Shown piece after piece: positions 44,412 to 58,570 of a stretch of 64,000 bases of DNA (positions within the stretch are counted from its first letter, which is position 1; every line of letters starts with the position of its first letter). The notes below the pieces were generated by a model that was not told the origin of the DNA, made no database searches, and was given only the letters and a program-made list of their open reading frames with translations. The position numbers and the translations under genes are program-made. The stretch comes from Cyanophora paradoxa CCMP329 (Eukaryota; Plantae; Glaucophyta), in assembly GCA_004431415.1 (NCBI GenBank), contig QPMI01000454.1, positions 1-64,000 of the forward strand, read 5' to 3'.

Positions 44412-47400
44412 TCAGATGTTGTAGTGGTTGATCTGCGTGGCCTGCGTGCGGGGCGAGCGGTCGTGAGCACGAGAGCCGCGGCGCAAGCTTTGAAGCAAAA
44501 GCTTCAACCGCGGCGCCGGCGGGGGCCGACTCGTTGCAAGCGCCTCGCACCTCGATGAAGGCCCTGTTGAGCTCCTTCTGGAAGAGGGCGGGGGTGCTGG
44601 ACTTGGGGACGAGGGTCTCGAGGCGCTTGGAGCGGGCCTCCTGGCGGTAGGCGGGGCGGCCCTTCTCGGGGAGGAACTCGGCGCTGGGGGCCGCGAGGGG
44701 CGCCCCGAGCTCGGCGTCGCGGAGGGCGTCGGCGAGGCGGACGAAGAGGGAGGCGCCCTCGAGGTGGCGGATCTGGCGGGAGGCGAGGGCGCTGGCGAGG
44801 AGCTCGGTGCAGGAGCTGTACGCGAGGTCCTCGACGAGGTGCTCGGGGATGGCCCCCGCGAAGAGCGGCAGCTGGTAGGAGCCCGTCCGCACGTACGGCT
44901 CCCCCGGCACCGCCACGAAGACCGGCAGCACCGCGAAGCCCACGGGGGTCACCTGGGGGGGCAGGAGGAGACGAGTCAGAAGAGGGGCGGGGCGGGGGGG
45001 GGAGGGGGCGGGGGGCGCGCCGGGGTGCGGCCCTTGGACTTCTCGCCGATGGCGCGGACGTCGATGATGAGGCAGAGGTGCGGCCGGTACTCCACGTCCT
45101 TGTACGCCTGCCGCCCGGCGTCGGCGTCGGGGCCAGAAGGAATGCGCGTCGCAACTTGGAGGGAGGAGCGGGGGGCACGCACGTGCCAGCCGTCGAGCCA
45201 GCGCGGGTGCTTCATGTCCGCCTGGAAGTCGTCTGGGGTACGGGTAAGGGAGGGGGGGGGAAGCAGAGGACCGGCGTACCGGAGAGGGTGAACTCGACGT
45301 CGTCGGTGAGGGGCGGCTGGCGGTAGAAGCTGCCGGGCGGGGCCAGGCTGTAGATCGCCTTCGCCGGCACGCTCTTCGGCAGGTTCGTCGCCCCGTCCAC
45401 GCTCACCTGCCCGCCGCGCGCGTCAGTCCCGGCGGGGGGTGCGGGTGGCGCAAGCGGGGCGGGGCGGGCCTTGAAGCCGAGGCGGCTGTCGTAGCGGACG
45501 GCGTACGCGTAGTCGAGCATGGGGACCTCGGCCGGCCACGGCGCCGCCTTGAGCCGCTCGCCCAGCCACGCCACCAGCTCCTCCTCCGACTGCCCCCGCC
45601 TGAGCCGCGGCGCCGGCGGGAGGCGTGGGGGTGGATGCGGACCCGGAAGGAGGGCGTCTGGCCCCGCTCCGCCGCCCGGGCGACCGCCACTGCGCGGGGG
45701 CCGCGTCGGGCCGGGGCGGCGAGGGGGCGGGAAGGGGGGAATCGCACTCTTGACGGGGACGGTCTCGCGGGCGGCGCGCTGGGCGTAGATCTGGAGCTCG
45801 GCGGGGCCCGGCCTCCCGCAGCGGCCCGTGTCGTACTTGCCCTCCGCGTACGCCGGCGTCCGCCGCACCAGCCCTGCGCCCCCGAGTGAGGCGGGCGCGG
45901 CCGGCGAGGCCGCTGCGGGGGGCGGGGCGGACCGAGGGCCTCCCAGTCGGCGGGGCTGATCTCGCGGACGGAGAGGACGCGCAGGCCGTCCTTCGAGCGC
46001 GCCGCCCGGTGGATCCGCACCAACACCGTGCTCGCCGGCACCCTAAGGAGAAGTCAAGAGGGGGAGGGTACAGGGGGGCGGGGGGGAGGGCACGGGGGGA
46101 ACTGCTCGAGGAAGGCGGCGTCGAAGGCGCCGAGGCGCGCCGGGGGCCGCCCCCGTCGCAGCGGCAGCTGGAAGGCCCCCTCGTTCAGCAGCAGCTCCTG
46201 TCCCGCACGCCGTCAGCGGCGGGGAGGGCGGGGCGGCGCCGGCGCTCGGGTGGGGCGGGCGGGACGGGCCTGGACGTTGGGGCGCTGGGGCTGGGCCCCC
46301 GTGCGCGCGTCCACGAAGACGTTCAGCGCCGCCGTCCCCACGCACTCCACCTGCCGCCCCAGCGGCTCAGCGGGGTGCAGCGGAGGCGTGTTTATAGAGG
46401 GGAGAGGGGCGGGCCCGGCGGGAGTGGGCGTTGACGGCGAGGAGCTCGACGAGGAGGGTGCAGGTGGCGTCGAACTGGAGGGCGCGGTACTCCCCCCGCA
46501 GCCGATACTCGGGGCTCCCCGCCCCGCTCGCCAGCTCCGCGAGCCGCTCGTGCGGCTCCCCCACCGTCGAGTAGTCCCGCGTCACCAGCCGCGCCACAGC
46601 CTGCCGGTGCGCCCTCTCAGAAGGCGGCACGAAGGGCGGGGGCCTCAGGGCGGGCGGGCCTTGGAGACGGTGACGTTGTCGGGGAGGAAGCGGGCGGCGT
46701 CGACGTACACGTCGAAGCCGTCGCCCCGCTGGAAGGGCTCAGCCGGGGGCGCCCCGCCCCGCCCCTCCACGAATGGCGCCCCCGGCCCGCCCCGCGCCGC
46801 CCCCGGCGAGAGCGGCGAGAGGGCGGCGCCTCCCGCCGCCGCCGCGCTGGCGTTCATCGTGGAGCGGCGGCCGGCGAGGGCGACGGGGACGGGGCCGGAG
46901 GCGGGCCCGGGCGGGGCGGAGGGGGCGGCCTCGGCGGTGCGGGGCGGCTGGAGGGGGTCGAAGAGGCGCAGCACAAGGGCCGCACCGCCGTTGTACGGGA
47001 GGGCCCCCGGCGGCCCCGCCCCGCGATCGACTTGCTCGGGCCGACCAGCCGCCCCCCGCCCGCCCCCGAGCCCCGCGCGTTCCCCGGCGGCGACGCCCCG
47101 CCGGCGAGGGCGCCATGGGAGGCCGGGGCGGGCCCCCGGTACAGGGGCAGGGACTGCTGCCCGACGGCGACGGCTGCGGCGGGCGTCAGGCGCGGAACAG
47201 GGAGAAAGAAGAGAGGTGGGCGGGGCGGGCCGAGGCGGCCGGTGACGGGGTCCTCGTGGAAGGCCGGCGCGCTCGCCCACGCCACCGCCTCCTCTCGCGT
47301 CTCCTCCCCGCGCCCCGCCCCGGAGCCGGGCATCGGGGGCGCCCCCGAGCCCCCGGGCCGCAGGCCCCCGCCGCTCAGCACGCGGGGCAGTGGCTGCGGG

Positions 47401-50400
47401 GCGTCGGGGGCGGCTCGAGCGAAGGCGCCGGCGGGGCTCGGACCCGCGTCTCGTGGAGCTCGAAGAGGGCGAGGGCGCCCGGTTCGATGGGGACACCAGA
47501 CAGGACGCCCTTCTGGCCCCACGCCACCTTCCCGAGGGACCGCATCTGCGGCCGGCGGCGTCGGCCGCGCGCGGGCAACGTGTGGGGAGCCGGCGGGCGG
47601 GCCTCGCCGAAGCCGGTGCTCCAGGCGAGGGGCGCCCCCGTGGCGACGTGGAGGAGCGGGGCGCCGTCGGGGCCCACGAGGGAGAGGGCGAGGCGCAGCG
47701 GGCCCGTGTCCGACCCCAGCGACTCCACGTGCTGCGCCAGCACCCCACGCTGCCGCCCCGGCCTCAGCCGGGCGAGAGGCGGGCGGCGCGGGCGGCGCGG
47801 CGGCTCGCCTGAGCTCGGGGGCGGGGCGGCGCCGGGGCGGCCGGCGGGAGGCGAGGGGCTCGAAGGAGGCCCGCGGGGAGGGCCCGTCGGCGAAGGAGGA
47901 GCGGGCCGGCGCAGCCTCCCGCCGCTGCGCCGCACCCGCTCGGCGCCCGCGGCGGGGCGGGTCGGGGCGGGGCGGGGCGCGGATGGGATGTACCGGGGAG
48001 GCGGTGAGCTCGGTGGCCGGGGCGGCGGAGGGGCCCCCGAACTTGGCCGCGTACGAGGGGGGGTATTTGTACCTGAAAGGAGAGAGCCGCTCAACCGCCC
48101 GATCCGGACGGCTCGGGAAGGGTGCGGGGCGGGGGCGGGCGGGGGGCACCGGGGGCGGGCGGCGTCGTTGACGGGGAAGCGCTCGTAGAGGTCGGCGTCG
48201 GCGGCGGCGCAGAGGCGGAGGTAGAGCTCGGCGGAGGGGATCCGCGGCAGCTCCAGCAGGTCGGCGAGGGCGATGTCCGTCCGCACCGCCGGCCGGAAGA
48301 GCGGCAGCCGCAGCAGCCCCGCGTTCAGCGTCGTCCCTGCGCGAGCGCCGTTCGGCGCGGGGCGGGGCGGCGAGGGCGGAGGGGGAAGGCGGCGGGCCTC
48401 GGGCGGCGGAGGGGTCGCCGCCGGGCGGGTTGCCCCCGAAGAGGTCGAGCATGGCCCAGCCGACGGACTGCACGCGCGGCGGCTGCCCCGCCTCCCCCAG
48501 CTGCAGCGCCCCTCAGAGAGAGCGGCGGGGGCGCCGGCGACGGCGAGGCGCGAGCAGTCGGCAGGCGGGGTGGCGGGCGGGCGGGCCTGGGTGACGTGCT
48601 GGAGCTCGACGATGAGGGTGAGGGAGGAGCTCGGCTCGACGCCCTCGTAGGAGCGCGAGAGGGCGAAGATGCACTTGTTCGACCCCGCCGACTCCGCCTC
48701 GCACTCCGCCGTCGGCGCCGCGCGCAGCGAGCCCTGCGCACCCCCCGTGAGGCGCGAGGGGGAGCGGAGACAACGTCGCCCGAGCGGAGTGCGGGCGCGC
48801 GCACGCGGGAGAGCTGGCCGTTCTCGTAGAGGCCGAAGACGAGGCGGGCGCGGGCGACGCGCTTCGGGAGCCCCACCGCAAAGTCCCTGCCCCCGCGACT
48901 CAGAAGGGAAGAGGAGAGGGAAAGGGCGGGGCGGGCGGGCCAGAAGAGGGCGAAGCCGTCGTCGGGCTCGTAGGCGGAGTGGCGGACGAGGGCCGCCCCG
49001 GGGTCCGCCGGCAGCTCCCGCGCCAGCCGCTTCCGGTACCTGCCGGCCCCGTGACCCCTTTGCGGGAAAGAGGGGCGGGGCGGGGGGGCGGACCGGGCCT
49101 CGAGGATGGCGCGCTCCTGGCCCTCCTTCCAGCGCTCCTCCTCCAGCCGCTGCCGGCCCCGCTCCGCCTCCGCCCGCATCCGCTCCACCCGCGCCCCCAC
49201 CGCCACCCGCTCCGCCTGCCGCCCCCGCCCCCGCACGCCTCAGCCGCTCCGAGCGCGCGTTGCTCGGGCGGGGCGGGGTGCGCCCGCCTCGTAGCGGAGG
49301 CGCGTCATCTCGGCGATGTGCTCCTGCCGCATGCGCCGCAGCTCCGAGTCGGCCGGCAGCAGCGCTGCGCGGCGCGTCAGCGGCGCGGGAGGCGAGGGGC
49401 GGGGGCGTGGCGGGGGGCGCGCCGAGCTCCTCGTCAGTGATGAGGGGCGCCCCGAGGCCAGCCAGGTCCCCCGCCAGCGTCCCCTCCGCCCCAACGCCCC
49501 GCTGCCCGCCCCGACCCCGCCCGCCCCACCCCGCCCCCGCCGCCGGCCGCCCCGGCCCCGCCGGCGACGTCGAGGCCCTCGATCCGCGCGTGCAGCTTCG
49601 TCAGCATCGTCTCCAGCGCTGCGGGGCACCGCTCGACGCTTAGCGGCGCAGGGTCCACCGGGGGGGCGGAGCGGGGCCGGGCACCTTTTCGCTGCTCGTC
49701 GGCGCGGGCGCGCTCGCGGCGCTCCTTGGCGCGCTCGAGCTGGGGGCGGGGTGAGGCGGGGGAGGGTCCGGGGCGGCGGGCGGGACGGGGCGGGCGGGCC
49801 TCCTCCTGGAGGCGCTTGCTCTCCGCCTCGTGCTGCGCCAGCAGCGCCTGCGTCGCCGCCACCTGCTGCTGCACCTGCCCGGCCCCGCCCCGTCTGCGAC
49901 GGCCGCGAGCGCGGGGACGGCGGGGGCGGGCGGGCCTGCATCACGACGGGGCTCGCGCCCATGGCGCCCATCGCACCCATGTAGGGGTCGGGGTACATGC
50001 CCGGGACGGGCACGGGCTGCATCGCCGCGTACGGGTTCGCCCCCAGGAGCGCCCCCGGCGGCGCCCCGGGGATCGCCCCCGGGGGCAGCCCGGGGTACGG
50101 GAAGCCGGGGGCGAAGCCCGGGGGCACGCCCATCTGGAAGGGGTTGGCGAAGGGCATGGGCGGCATGCCGGCGGGGAAGGGGGGCGGAAAGGCCCCCGGG
50201 CCCGGGAAGCTCGGGGGCGGGGCCGGGGCCGGGGCCGGGGCTGGGGCTGGGGCGGGGGCCAGGGCGTGCGGGGAGGGCTCCGGGGGGCGTGCGGGAGGGC
50301 TCGGGGCGGGGCGGCTCGGGGGCGGGCTCCTGGGGCGGAGGGAGGAGGCGGAGGCCGAGGTGCCCGGGGGCCCGGGCCGGCGTCGGGGCGGCCACCGTCA

Positions 50401-51977
50401 GCTGCGGCCGCACGCTCCCGCTCGGCGCCGGCGCAGTCGGCGCGGCCGGCTGCGGCGGGGCGCTCGGCGGCCGCGCGGGGCGGGGCGGGCAGGGGCGGGA
50501 CGGGGCGCACGACGGTGAGGTAGGGGAGGGCTCGACGACGGGCGCCGGCGCCGGCCGCCGCGACGCGTGCAGCGACGGATTGGCCGGCGGCTGCGCCCCT
50601 CCAGGGAGCGCGCGCGGGGCAGGCCCAGGCCCGGCGCCGGCCCCGCCTCGCCTCGGGCGGAGTCGGGGGCGGGGCGGCCCGCCAGAGCTGCGGGGCGGCG
50701 CCGAAGCCGCCCTCGGCGGGGGCGAAGGCGGGCGGCGGCTCGGCGGAGCTGGGCCGCGAGCGGCGCCCGTAGAGGGGCGCCGGCGGGGGCGAGGCCTGCC
50801 GCGGGCCGGCGCCGGGCGGCGGCCCCAGGTCAACGTCGGCGCCCGAGCGGATCTGCGGGGCGGCGGGTAAGGGCGGGGCGGGAGCGAGGCGGAGAGGCGG
50901 GGCGGGGCGGGGCGGGCCTTCTCGACGAGGCCGAGGGTGCGGTCGCGCTCGGCGCGGAGGGCGGCGAGGCGCTCCTCGTCCCGCTCCTGCCGCTCGCGCA
51001 CCTGCTCCAGCACCCGCCGCGCGTCCCGCCCCGCCTCCCGCGCCCCCGGCCCCGCCACTGCCTCCAGCTGCCGCCCCAGCCGCTGCCGCTCCGCCTCCAG
51101 CCTGCGCGCGCCCCTCAGGCGACCCGGAGCGTGGCGGGGCGGGACGAACGGACCCCTCCTTCTCCTTGCGGATGGCGCCGATGCGCTCGCCGCGCTCGCG
51201 GGCGAGGGCCTGGTACTTGGCGAGGCGGTCCGGGTCCTGCCGCCCCACCATCGCCCGCCGCAGCTCCTCCGCCTGCTGCTCCTTCGCCCGCCTGCGCCCC
51301 CGCTCGCACCCGCGGGGCCTGCGGCGGGCGCTGGGGCCTCGGGGCGGGGCGGGGCGGCGGACGCGTTCTCCTCCTCGACGCGGCGGAGGTGGGCGTGGAG
51401 GCCCTCGATCTCGCGGAGGACCTCGGCCTCGCGCGCCGCCAGCTCCTCCCGCTCCCGGCTGAACGACTCGACCTCCCGCAGCCGGTCCTCCTCCAGCGCC
51501 GTCAGCCGGTCCCGCTCCAGGTTCTGCAGGTTCCGCCGCAGCGCCTCCTTCTCCATCCGCGCCCGGAGCTCGCTCGCACGCTTCAGGTCCTGCTCCATGA
51601 TCTGCGCCCCGCTCGCCCGCCGCCGCCGCCGCCGCCGCCGCCGGCCGGCCGGGCGAGGAGGAGGAGCGCACGAGCTTCTCTATCTCGTCCTCCTCCACAG
51701 AAGGTGCGAGCAGCTCCGCGCGCTGCATCGCCACCTCCCGCAGCTCCCGGTCCCGCTCCCGCTGCCGCGCGCCCAGGATCTCCTGCGCGAGCTGGTCCAG
51801 CTGGTCGGGCTCCACCGTCCAGCGGTCGGGGCCCAGCAAGCCACGCCCGCCGCCCGCATCGCCAGAGGGCCTTGCCGCCTGCGCAGGAACATTAACCGTG
51901 AACCCCCAGCGGCGCGTTAGCTAAGGACGGACCGGCAGCGCGGCGCGCATGAGCTCGGAGATCCGGCCGTCCGCCAT
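44412..51977 (-). CDS. CCDC17-like coiled-coil / C2-like protein (multi-exon)
   Basis: Long N-terminal coiled coil; YEPDDGFALFWDFAVGLP, VGWAMLDLF, GFDVYVDAARFLPDNVTVSK, GFKVSVDGATNLP, GSYQLPLF, GASLFVRL. Confidence 0.7.
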
Positions 51978-52329
51978 GTACTATTCGAGCCTATCGGAGC
52001 GCTGTCATGGCGAAGCTGCGCCCTGCCTGGCGGAGCGAGCCGCTTTCAAAGATGGCCGCCGTGCTGGCTGCGTTCGCTGGCGCTTGCTGAATCTCTCAAC
52101 TTGTAGCTAGGGGCTACTTCAAATTGCCGTTGCAATTGGAGCGGACCGCGAAGCTGTGGGTGCTGTTGGAAGCTTAAGCGACGCCCGCCGGAGCCGAACC
52201 GGCGAAGGGCGGAGGGGGGGAGGAGGGGGAGAGGGGCGACGGACGGGTAGAGCTGGAAGTTCCACTGACAGTCAGTTTGCAAGGGCCTGCGGACATCCGG
52301 CGCGGTCCAGCCGCGCCCAGCGACTTGCA

Positions 52330-53774
52330 ATGATGAAGAACAGCACGCTTCGCGATGACGACACGGCCCTGGCGTCCAGGGCGCTCATTCCCCGTTTGCG
52401 GGTGCGCCCCCACGGCCACGCTGCAGATCCTGGTGTTATGTTGGAATTCTGACGCGGTTTTTCTGCAGGGGAGCGCTGTCGCCTGCAAGAAGAAGCGCGG
52501 CTGCAAGCCTGTCATGAAAATCAGCCGGCGCATCGACCGGAAGACGGGGCGAAAGGTGGTCGTCGTAAAGGAGAATGGCATGGTGTCATACGTCGTGCCC
52601 AGGGCGCTCAAGGGTGTCCTGAAGACTCATGTGAACGCTCCGGCCGCGGATGCCGCGAAGCTCCAGATTCGCAGTCTGGAAAACGATAACATCGTTCGCT
52701 TCATCCAGCTCTCCGGAAGCGATCAAAGCGTCGTCCGGCTTCGCGCGCCTTCGGCTTCTCAGAACGTCATCTGCTTCTTCGCGGAGAAGGGCTTCCCCAC
52801 CAACACGCCCGTCACCGTCACCGTCAAGGATGACGATGGCCTTGTTGACGCAATCGAGCTTCTTGTTCTCACCAAGGCCCAAGGTTCGCGGGCATCCCTG
52901 CATCCCGCTGGCCGTGAACGCGGCGTCTATGCTGACGGCGCATGCAATCGCTCGCGCAGCCTCCGACTACATGGACCTCGATGAATTTCTCGAGATGAAG
53001 GAGAAGGACAAGCGGACAGCAGCAGCCGCCGCCGCCACCGCCGCCGCCGCGGTCTCCGTTGCGGCCCAGCCCGCGGCGCCTGCCCCCGCGTGTCCGGCCG
53101 CCCTGGTTGTGGCCCCGCCCAATCCTCCCTCGCCACTTGCTGCGGCTGTTCCGTTAGCGCCGGTTTCGGCGCCTGCCCCCGTGTCCCCGGCCGCCTCGGC
53201 CGTGGCGTCGCCCGCGGCGCCCTCGCCGCCGGCTGCGGCCCGTCCCGTGGCGCCAAGATCGGCGCCTGCCCCCGCGTCTCCGGCCGCCCTTGCCGCGACC
53301 ATGCCCGCAGCGCCCTCCCCGGCGGCTGCGGCCGCCCCTGCGGTGCTCCTCCCGATCGGGGAGTTCGGCGGCAAGCTGGACGCGCTCCTCGGGCTCGGCG
53401 AGGGCGCGCCGGCCGCCCCCATCCCGGCCATGATCGATCAGCGCGACGGGGGCTTCAACGGGCTCCCGATGATCCTCCCCGGCCTGCCGGCGTCGGACGA
53501 CGAGGCCGGCGCGGAGGAGCACGCGCCCTTCGCGCTCGAGGGCGACGGCTGGACGCTCCTCGAGCAGCTCTTCGCCGCCCTCGGGTATGACCCCAGCGGG
53601 CTCCCGCTGGCCCTCGCTGCCCTCCCGGCCATCGGGCTGGCCGGCTCGCCATCCCCGGCACCGCCCCCGGTGGTCGACCCGGTCCTCCAGCTTTTCATCG
53701 AGAGTCTTCTGCTTGAGGCTGACGAGCTCATTAAGGTTGGCTCTTCTGCCCATGTCTGTTTTTTCCTGCCTTAA
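52330..53774 (+). CDS. Hypothetical protein with basic N-terminal domain and Ala/Pro-rich linker
   Basis: Coding-like ORFs 52355-52984 and 52650-53774, joinable by plausible introns; no family recognised. Confidence 0.4.
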
Positions 53775-54614
53775 TCGCTCGGCGCAGGATGAAGCCAGTT
53801 TCTCGGGCGCCCCTTAGCTTTGGTTCTCGACACTACGCATCGCTTCTTGCAAGCGTAAAGATCGATTACCATGTTGGGAGCTCTTCCCTTTCCGTACGGT
53901 TTCTTCCTCAAGCCCTAGCTGCAGTAGACTCCAATCGTTTCCATTTTCCTCGCCAATTGCAAGCATGTCATCAATTTCGGAGGCGCAACGCTTCGTTGCG
54001 TTGACTTCGAGCTCGCCCCATTTGAATGTCCTTACAAGCTTTGCCCTAGTTCTTCAGCTGTACATTTTCACGGCCGTAGTTGGACCCCCTATCGACCCTC
54101 GTTAGCTCGTGTGGTCAAGGGGGCCCTTGTACATGTCATGTACGCATTCATGTCTCGTTCCGTCTCTCTCTTGCAATTGAACTTTGCCACGGCGTACGCG
54201 TGATCGGGGAGGGCGGCTTGACTTGCAATTGCAATTGCCAAGTTGGGGGCTCCGATCCGGATCCATATGCATGCCAGCTGCAGCTGCAGCTGCATGCGCA
54301 GGGCCGGCCGCGCGCGCGCGGGGGGCCGGCACCGGGCTGCAGCTGGGACGGCCGCGCGCGCGCACGGGGGGCCGGCACTGGGCTTTGCACTGCCGTCGCA
54401 CTGTACCCCTCTGGATTCTGCAGCGCCTTGCAATTGCGGCTAAGCGGGGGTTCAGCCTGCGTCGTCAGCCTTCAGAAGCACGCGCCGCATTCCTAGAAAG
54501 CTCACGATCATCGCAGCCTTCCCCGCGGTCGGTGCTGTCGGCCAGGCTGCGCTGCCTCGCCTGTATACGTACGGATCGCAAACAGCATACGTGCGTGATA
54601 GCGTAGCATCGGTC

Positions 54615-57600
54615 ATGTTCACGTTCTTCGCCCCTTGGCAGCTGCCGGCCTTCGCGCACGCGGCCACGCCGGCCCTCCCGACCGCGAACCGCATCCGCGC
54701 TAGCGCATGGAAGTCTGCCAACCTACAAGCATCGGTGACCGCCCGCGCGGGCGTGGGCCTCCGCGCCTTCTTCTTCAGCGGCAGTGCCCCGCCGCTCCGG
54801 GTGCAGCCAGCGACAAGCACTTTTGGCTCTCTTGATCGCATGACGCGAGCCGACGCTGCCAGTGGCGCGCGTGGCGGCCGTCGCGGCGGCGGGGGGCGCA
54901 GCGGCTCCCAGCTGCAGGTGGTCCCCACCGCTCGCGAACGTCCCTTCAGTCCCCGTCCGCTGACGGCGTGCGGACGTCCGCGCGCGCAGGCCGATTATGG
55001 CGCGCATCCGGCCGCCAGGAACCGCCAGATCCGTGCGAGCCGTGCCGCGAGCGGCGATCCTGAGCAGGCAGCGCCTCGGGGCGCTTTCCAGGCCGGGTAT
55101 CCCGCCGCCGACGGAGCTCGCGACGGCACGCGCGGAGGCCGCAGTCGTCGCGGTGGCGGGCGCGGTGGCAGTCGCGGCGGCGTGGGAGATCGGCCCCAGT
55201 CGGCCCAGCAGCGCCCCCGGTCTGCCCTGCAGCAGCCGCAGCAGCAGCCGCAGCGTGGGCAGCGTGCGCCGCCCGCCGAGGCCGGTGCCAACGGCTCCGC
55301 CCCCGCGGCGGACGTTGTGACGCGGCACCACACCCACGGCCACGGCGACGGCGGCCACCAGTGAGCCGGGGCCCCGTTCGCCCGTTCCCGTACTCGACCC
55401 TGAAACCCTCTTAGGTACGCTCACCCCGTGAACATCCACACCGTGCTATTTCTTTCTCTCCTCTCAAACTGGCCCCGCCTGAAACCGAGGCAGGACGACG
55501 CGGTGAACGTGCACACGGCGTCCAAGCAGCCGTTCAGCTCGATGCCCCTCAGCCCGGCCACCGTCCAGGCCATGGAGAGCCCGGAAGGTCCGCCGGCCTC
55601 GCTCTCCGCGCCCGCCGTACCCCCCTGATCGCCTCTTCGAGCAGGCTTCGGCTTCCACTACAGTGCGCTCTGTTGCCCGCGATCCGCTCACCGCTGCCCA
55701 ACCCCGTACCCCCAGTGACCGAGATCCAGGCGCTCGCGTACCAGCACCTCCTCGCCGGTGAGGACCTCCTCGCGCGCGCCAAGACCGGCTCCGGAAAGAC
55801 CCTCGGTTCGACTCCCCCCGCCGCCGGGTTTTTCCCTGAGAATCTAACGGAAGCGCAGCATTTATGGTACCCGTCGTGGAGGCCCTCCTCCGCCGCCGCT
55901 CCTCCGGTACCCCCCCCCCCCCCCCCCCCCCGCTGCCTCCAAATCTCCATGAATAACCCCGCGGCTGTGAAGGCATCGGGGCGCTGGTGCTGACGCCAAC
56001 GCGCGAGCTAGCCCTCCAGATCGAGCAGCAGGTCAAGGTCCTGGTGCGTACCCCCTCCCCCCCCCCCCCCGCCTGAAGAGGGTGCAGCTGAGCTTCCACG
56101 CCTCGCTGTCGGTCTTCACGGTGATGGGCGGCACGAACATGCGCACCGAGGCCGCCCGCCTCCTCGGCCGCCAGGTCCATCCCGCCCCCCGCTCCCCACG
56201 CCATCTTCTCCTGAAGGGCCGCCAGGGCCCGCCCTCGATCCTCATCGCCACCCCGGGCCGCCTGGTCGACCACATTCAAGTGCCCGCCCCGCCCCCCGCC
56301 CCCCGCCCGGCCCCGTCAGCCCTGCGACCGTGGGCAGAACACGCGGGGGTTCACGGAGGCGCTGACGCGGGAGCTGCGCGTGCTCGTCCTCGACGAGGCC
56401 GACCGCATGCTCGACCAGGGCTTCCAGCCCCAGGTGGAGGCGGCCCCGCCCCCGCCCCGGCCCCGGCGCCCACCCCGCCCCAGATGGAGAAGATCCTGGC
56501 CGTCCTCCCCCGCAACGGCCGCCAGACGGCCCTCTTCTCGGCGACCCTGCAGGGCTCCGTGCAGGGCATCAAGCGCGCCCCCCGCGCCCCCGAGCGCGCC
56601 GTCGGCGGGCTCTGACGGGGAGGGGCCGCTGGCAGGAACCTGTCGCTGCGGGCGGACCACGCCTTCGTGTCGACCGTGCGCGAGGACGAGGCCCTCACCA
56701 ACGCCCGCTGCAAGCAGGCCCGCCCCCGCCCCCTCTTCCCTCCCGTCCGCCCTTGGATGGACCCTGGGGCCTGAGCGCGGCCCGCCCGCAGGAGGTGGTC
56801 GTCGCGCCGGACTCGGCCTACTTCCACACCGTCGCCCAGGCGCCCTCTCCGCCCCCCTGCGCCCCGCCTCTTCTCAGGGCGGGGCAGATCCTGCAGGCGA
56901 ACCGCCACTGCAAGACAATCGTCTTCTTCCCGGTTCCGCGCCCCCTCCACCGCGGCGCCCGCCCCGCTGACCGCGGGCGGGCAGACGACGCGGCTGGTGG
57001 ACTTTGCGGAGGAGGCCTTCCGGCTCCTCGGCATCCCCGTCGTCAAGCTCACGGCCCGCCCCCGCGCCCCGGGCCCCCGTCCGCCGCCCTGAGGCGGGCG
57101 CCCCGCAGGGCCGCATGTCCCAGGCGAGCCGAACCAGGACCTTCTTCTCCTTCTGCGACGCCCCCGGCAGGTCCGCCTTCCTTCCCCGGCCCCCGCCCTC
57201 CCCGCCCCGCGTCTCACCGCCTCGCGCAGCGCCGGGGGCGGCTCGGGCGGCGTGATGGTCTGCACGGACGTGGCCGCCCGCGGCCTCGACATCCCCGACG
57301 TCGAGGTTCGACTCCGCGCGGTTCCTTTCGCAAGCTCGGGTTTGATTCTGGATCCTGAGAGCTCCCCCGCAGCTGATTGTACAGGCCGGCATCCCGTCCG
57401 CTGTGGTGCGCTGCCTTCAGATCCTGTACCCCGAATCGAAGGCTTGACGTCCGTACCCCCGCAGGAGGAGTACATCCACCGCATCGGCCGCACGGCCCGC
57501 GCCGGCAACACCGGCCGCGCGGTTTGCGCTTTTCGTACCCCTGCCTTCGTGTTCTAAAGTACCCCCTCCAGGTCCTGGTGATCCGCGAGTTCGAATCGCC

Positions 57601-58570
57601 GTTTCTCTCGAACCTGCAGGTGGGCGCCCCTGTACCCCCCGCGCTACAGCTAGATCCTCACCAGACCCCAGCGCAAGAACATCACGTTGGAGCACGTCGC
57701 GGCGCCCGTCGAACAGGCCTCCGCCGAGGCCGCCCGCGCCGCAGTGCGCTGTACCCCCTCCGAGCGGGTGTTTGAGATGACGCCGTGCCCCGCAGATCCA
57801 GCAGCTCGTGCGCTCGGACCGGGAGCTCGCGAAGAGCGCGCACAACGCCTACCGGACCTTCCTGGGGTACTACGTAGGCGCCTGCAAGCAGTGCGGCCTC
57901 TCCAAGCCGGAGATGGTGCCCCCGCCTCCCTTCGCCCCCCCGCTGTGCTCTCATACCCCTCAGATCGCCCGCGCCTTCGACTTCGCGTACTCCATTGGCA
58001 TCGGTGGCCCCCCCCCACCCCTCCCCCCCTCTGCCCCATCCCCCTCCTCCCCTCCCGATCCCCCTACCCCCCACTTCCCCCCCCCTACCCCCTCCCCTCC
58101 CCCTCTCTCCCCCTTCCCCTCTTCCCCTCCCGCTCGCCCCTGCCCCCTTCCCCCCCCCCCCCCCCCCCCTTCCTCACGCCTGGCAGACCGGGTGGGGCCG
58201 ATCGAGGCGCGCACGGTCGGGAAGATGGGCCTCACCAAGGAGATGTTCGCCGCCGCCGAGCGCCAGTACTACGGCGCCACCGTGCGGCCGCCTCCCAGCC
58301 ACCTTGGCGAGGGCCCGCTCTGACCGTGCCGCCGCCCACGCGCAGCTCGGCGGCGCCAGCGTGCAGCCCGCCGCCCCGCGCCCTCCCCGCGATCGCCCGG
58401 CCCCCGCAGGCCCCCGCCGCGCACCGCAGGGCGCCGAGCGCCCCGCGCTGCAAACTGAAGCTGAAGTGCGAGATCGGTTCAATCTCAAGCTCGAATCCAG
58501 TGCCTATCGAGATGCTGGCAGAAGCGGTGTCACGGATGGCGCCCACGGCGCAGCACGCTGCCAGAGATAA
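54615..58570 (+). CDS. DEAD-box RNA helicase, Mss116/Has1-like, possible organellar transit peptide (multi-exon)
   Basis: TEIQ..., ARAKTGSGKTL, LTPTRELALQI, ATPGRLVDH, LDEADRMLDQGF, LFSAT, TDVAARGLDIPDV, YIHRIGRTARAG, AYRTFLGYY. Confidence 0.92.
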
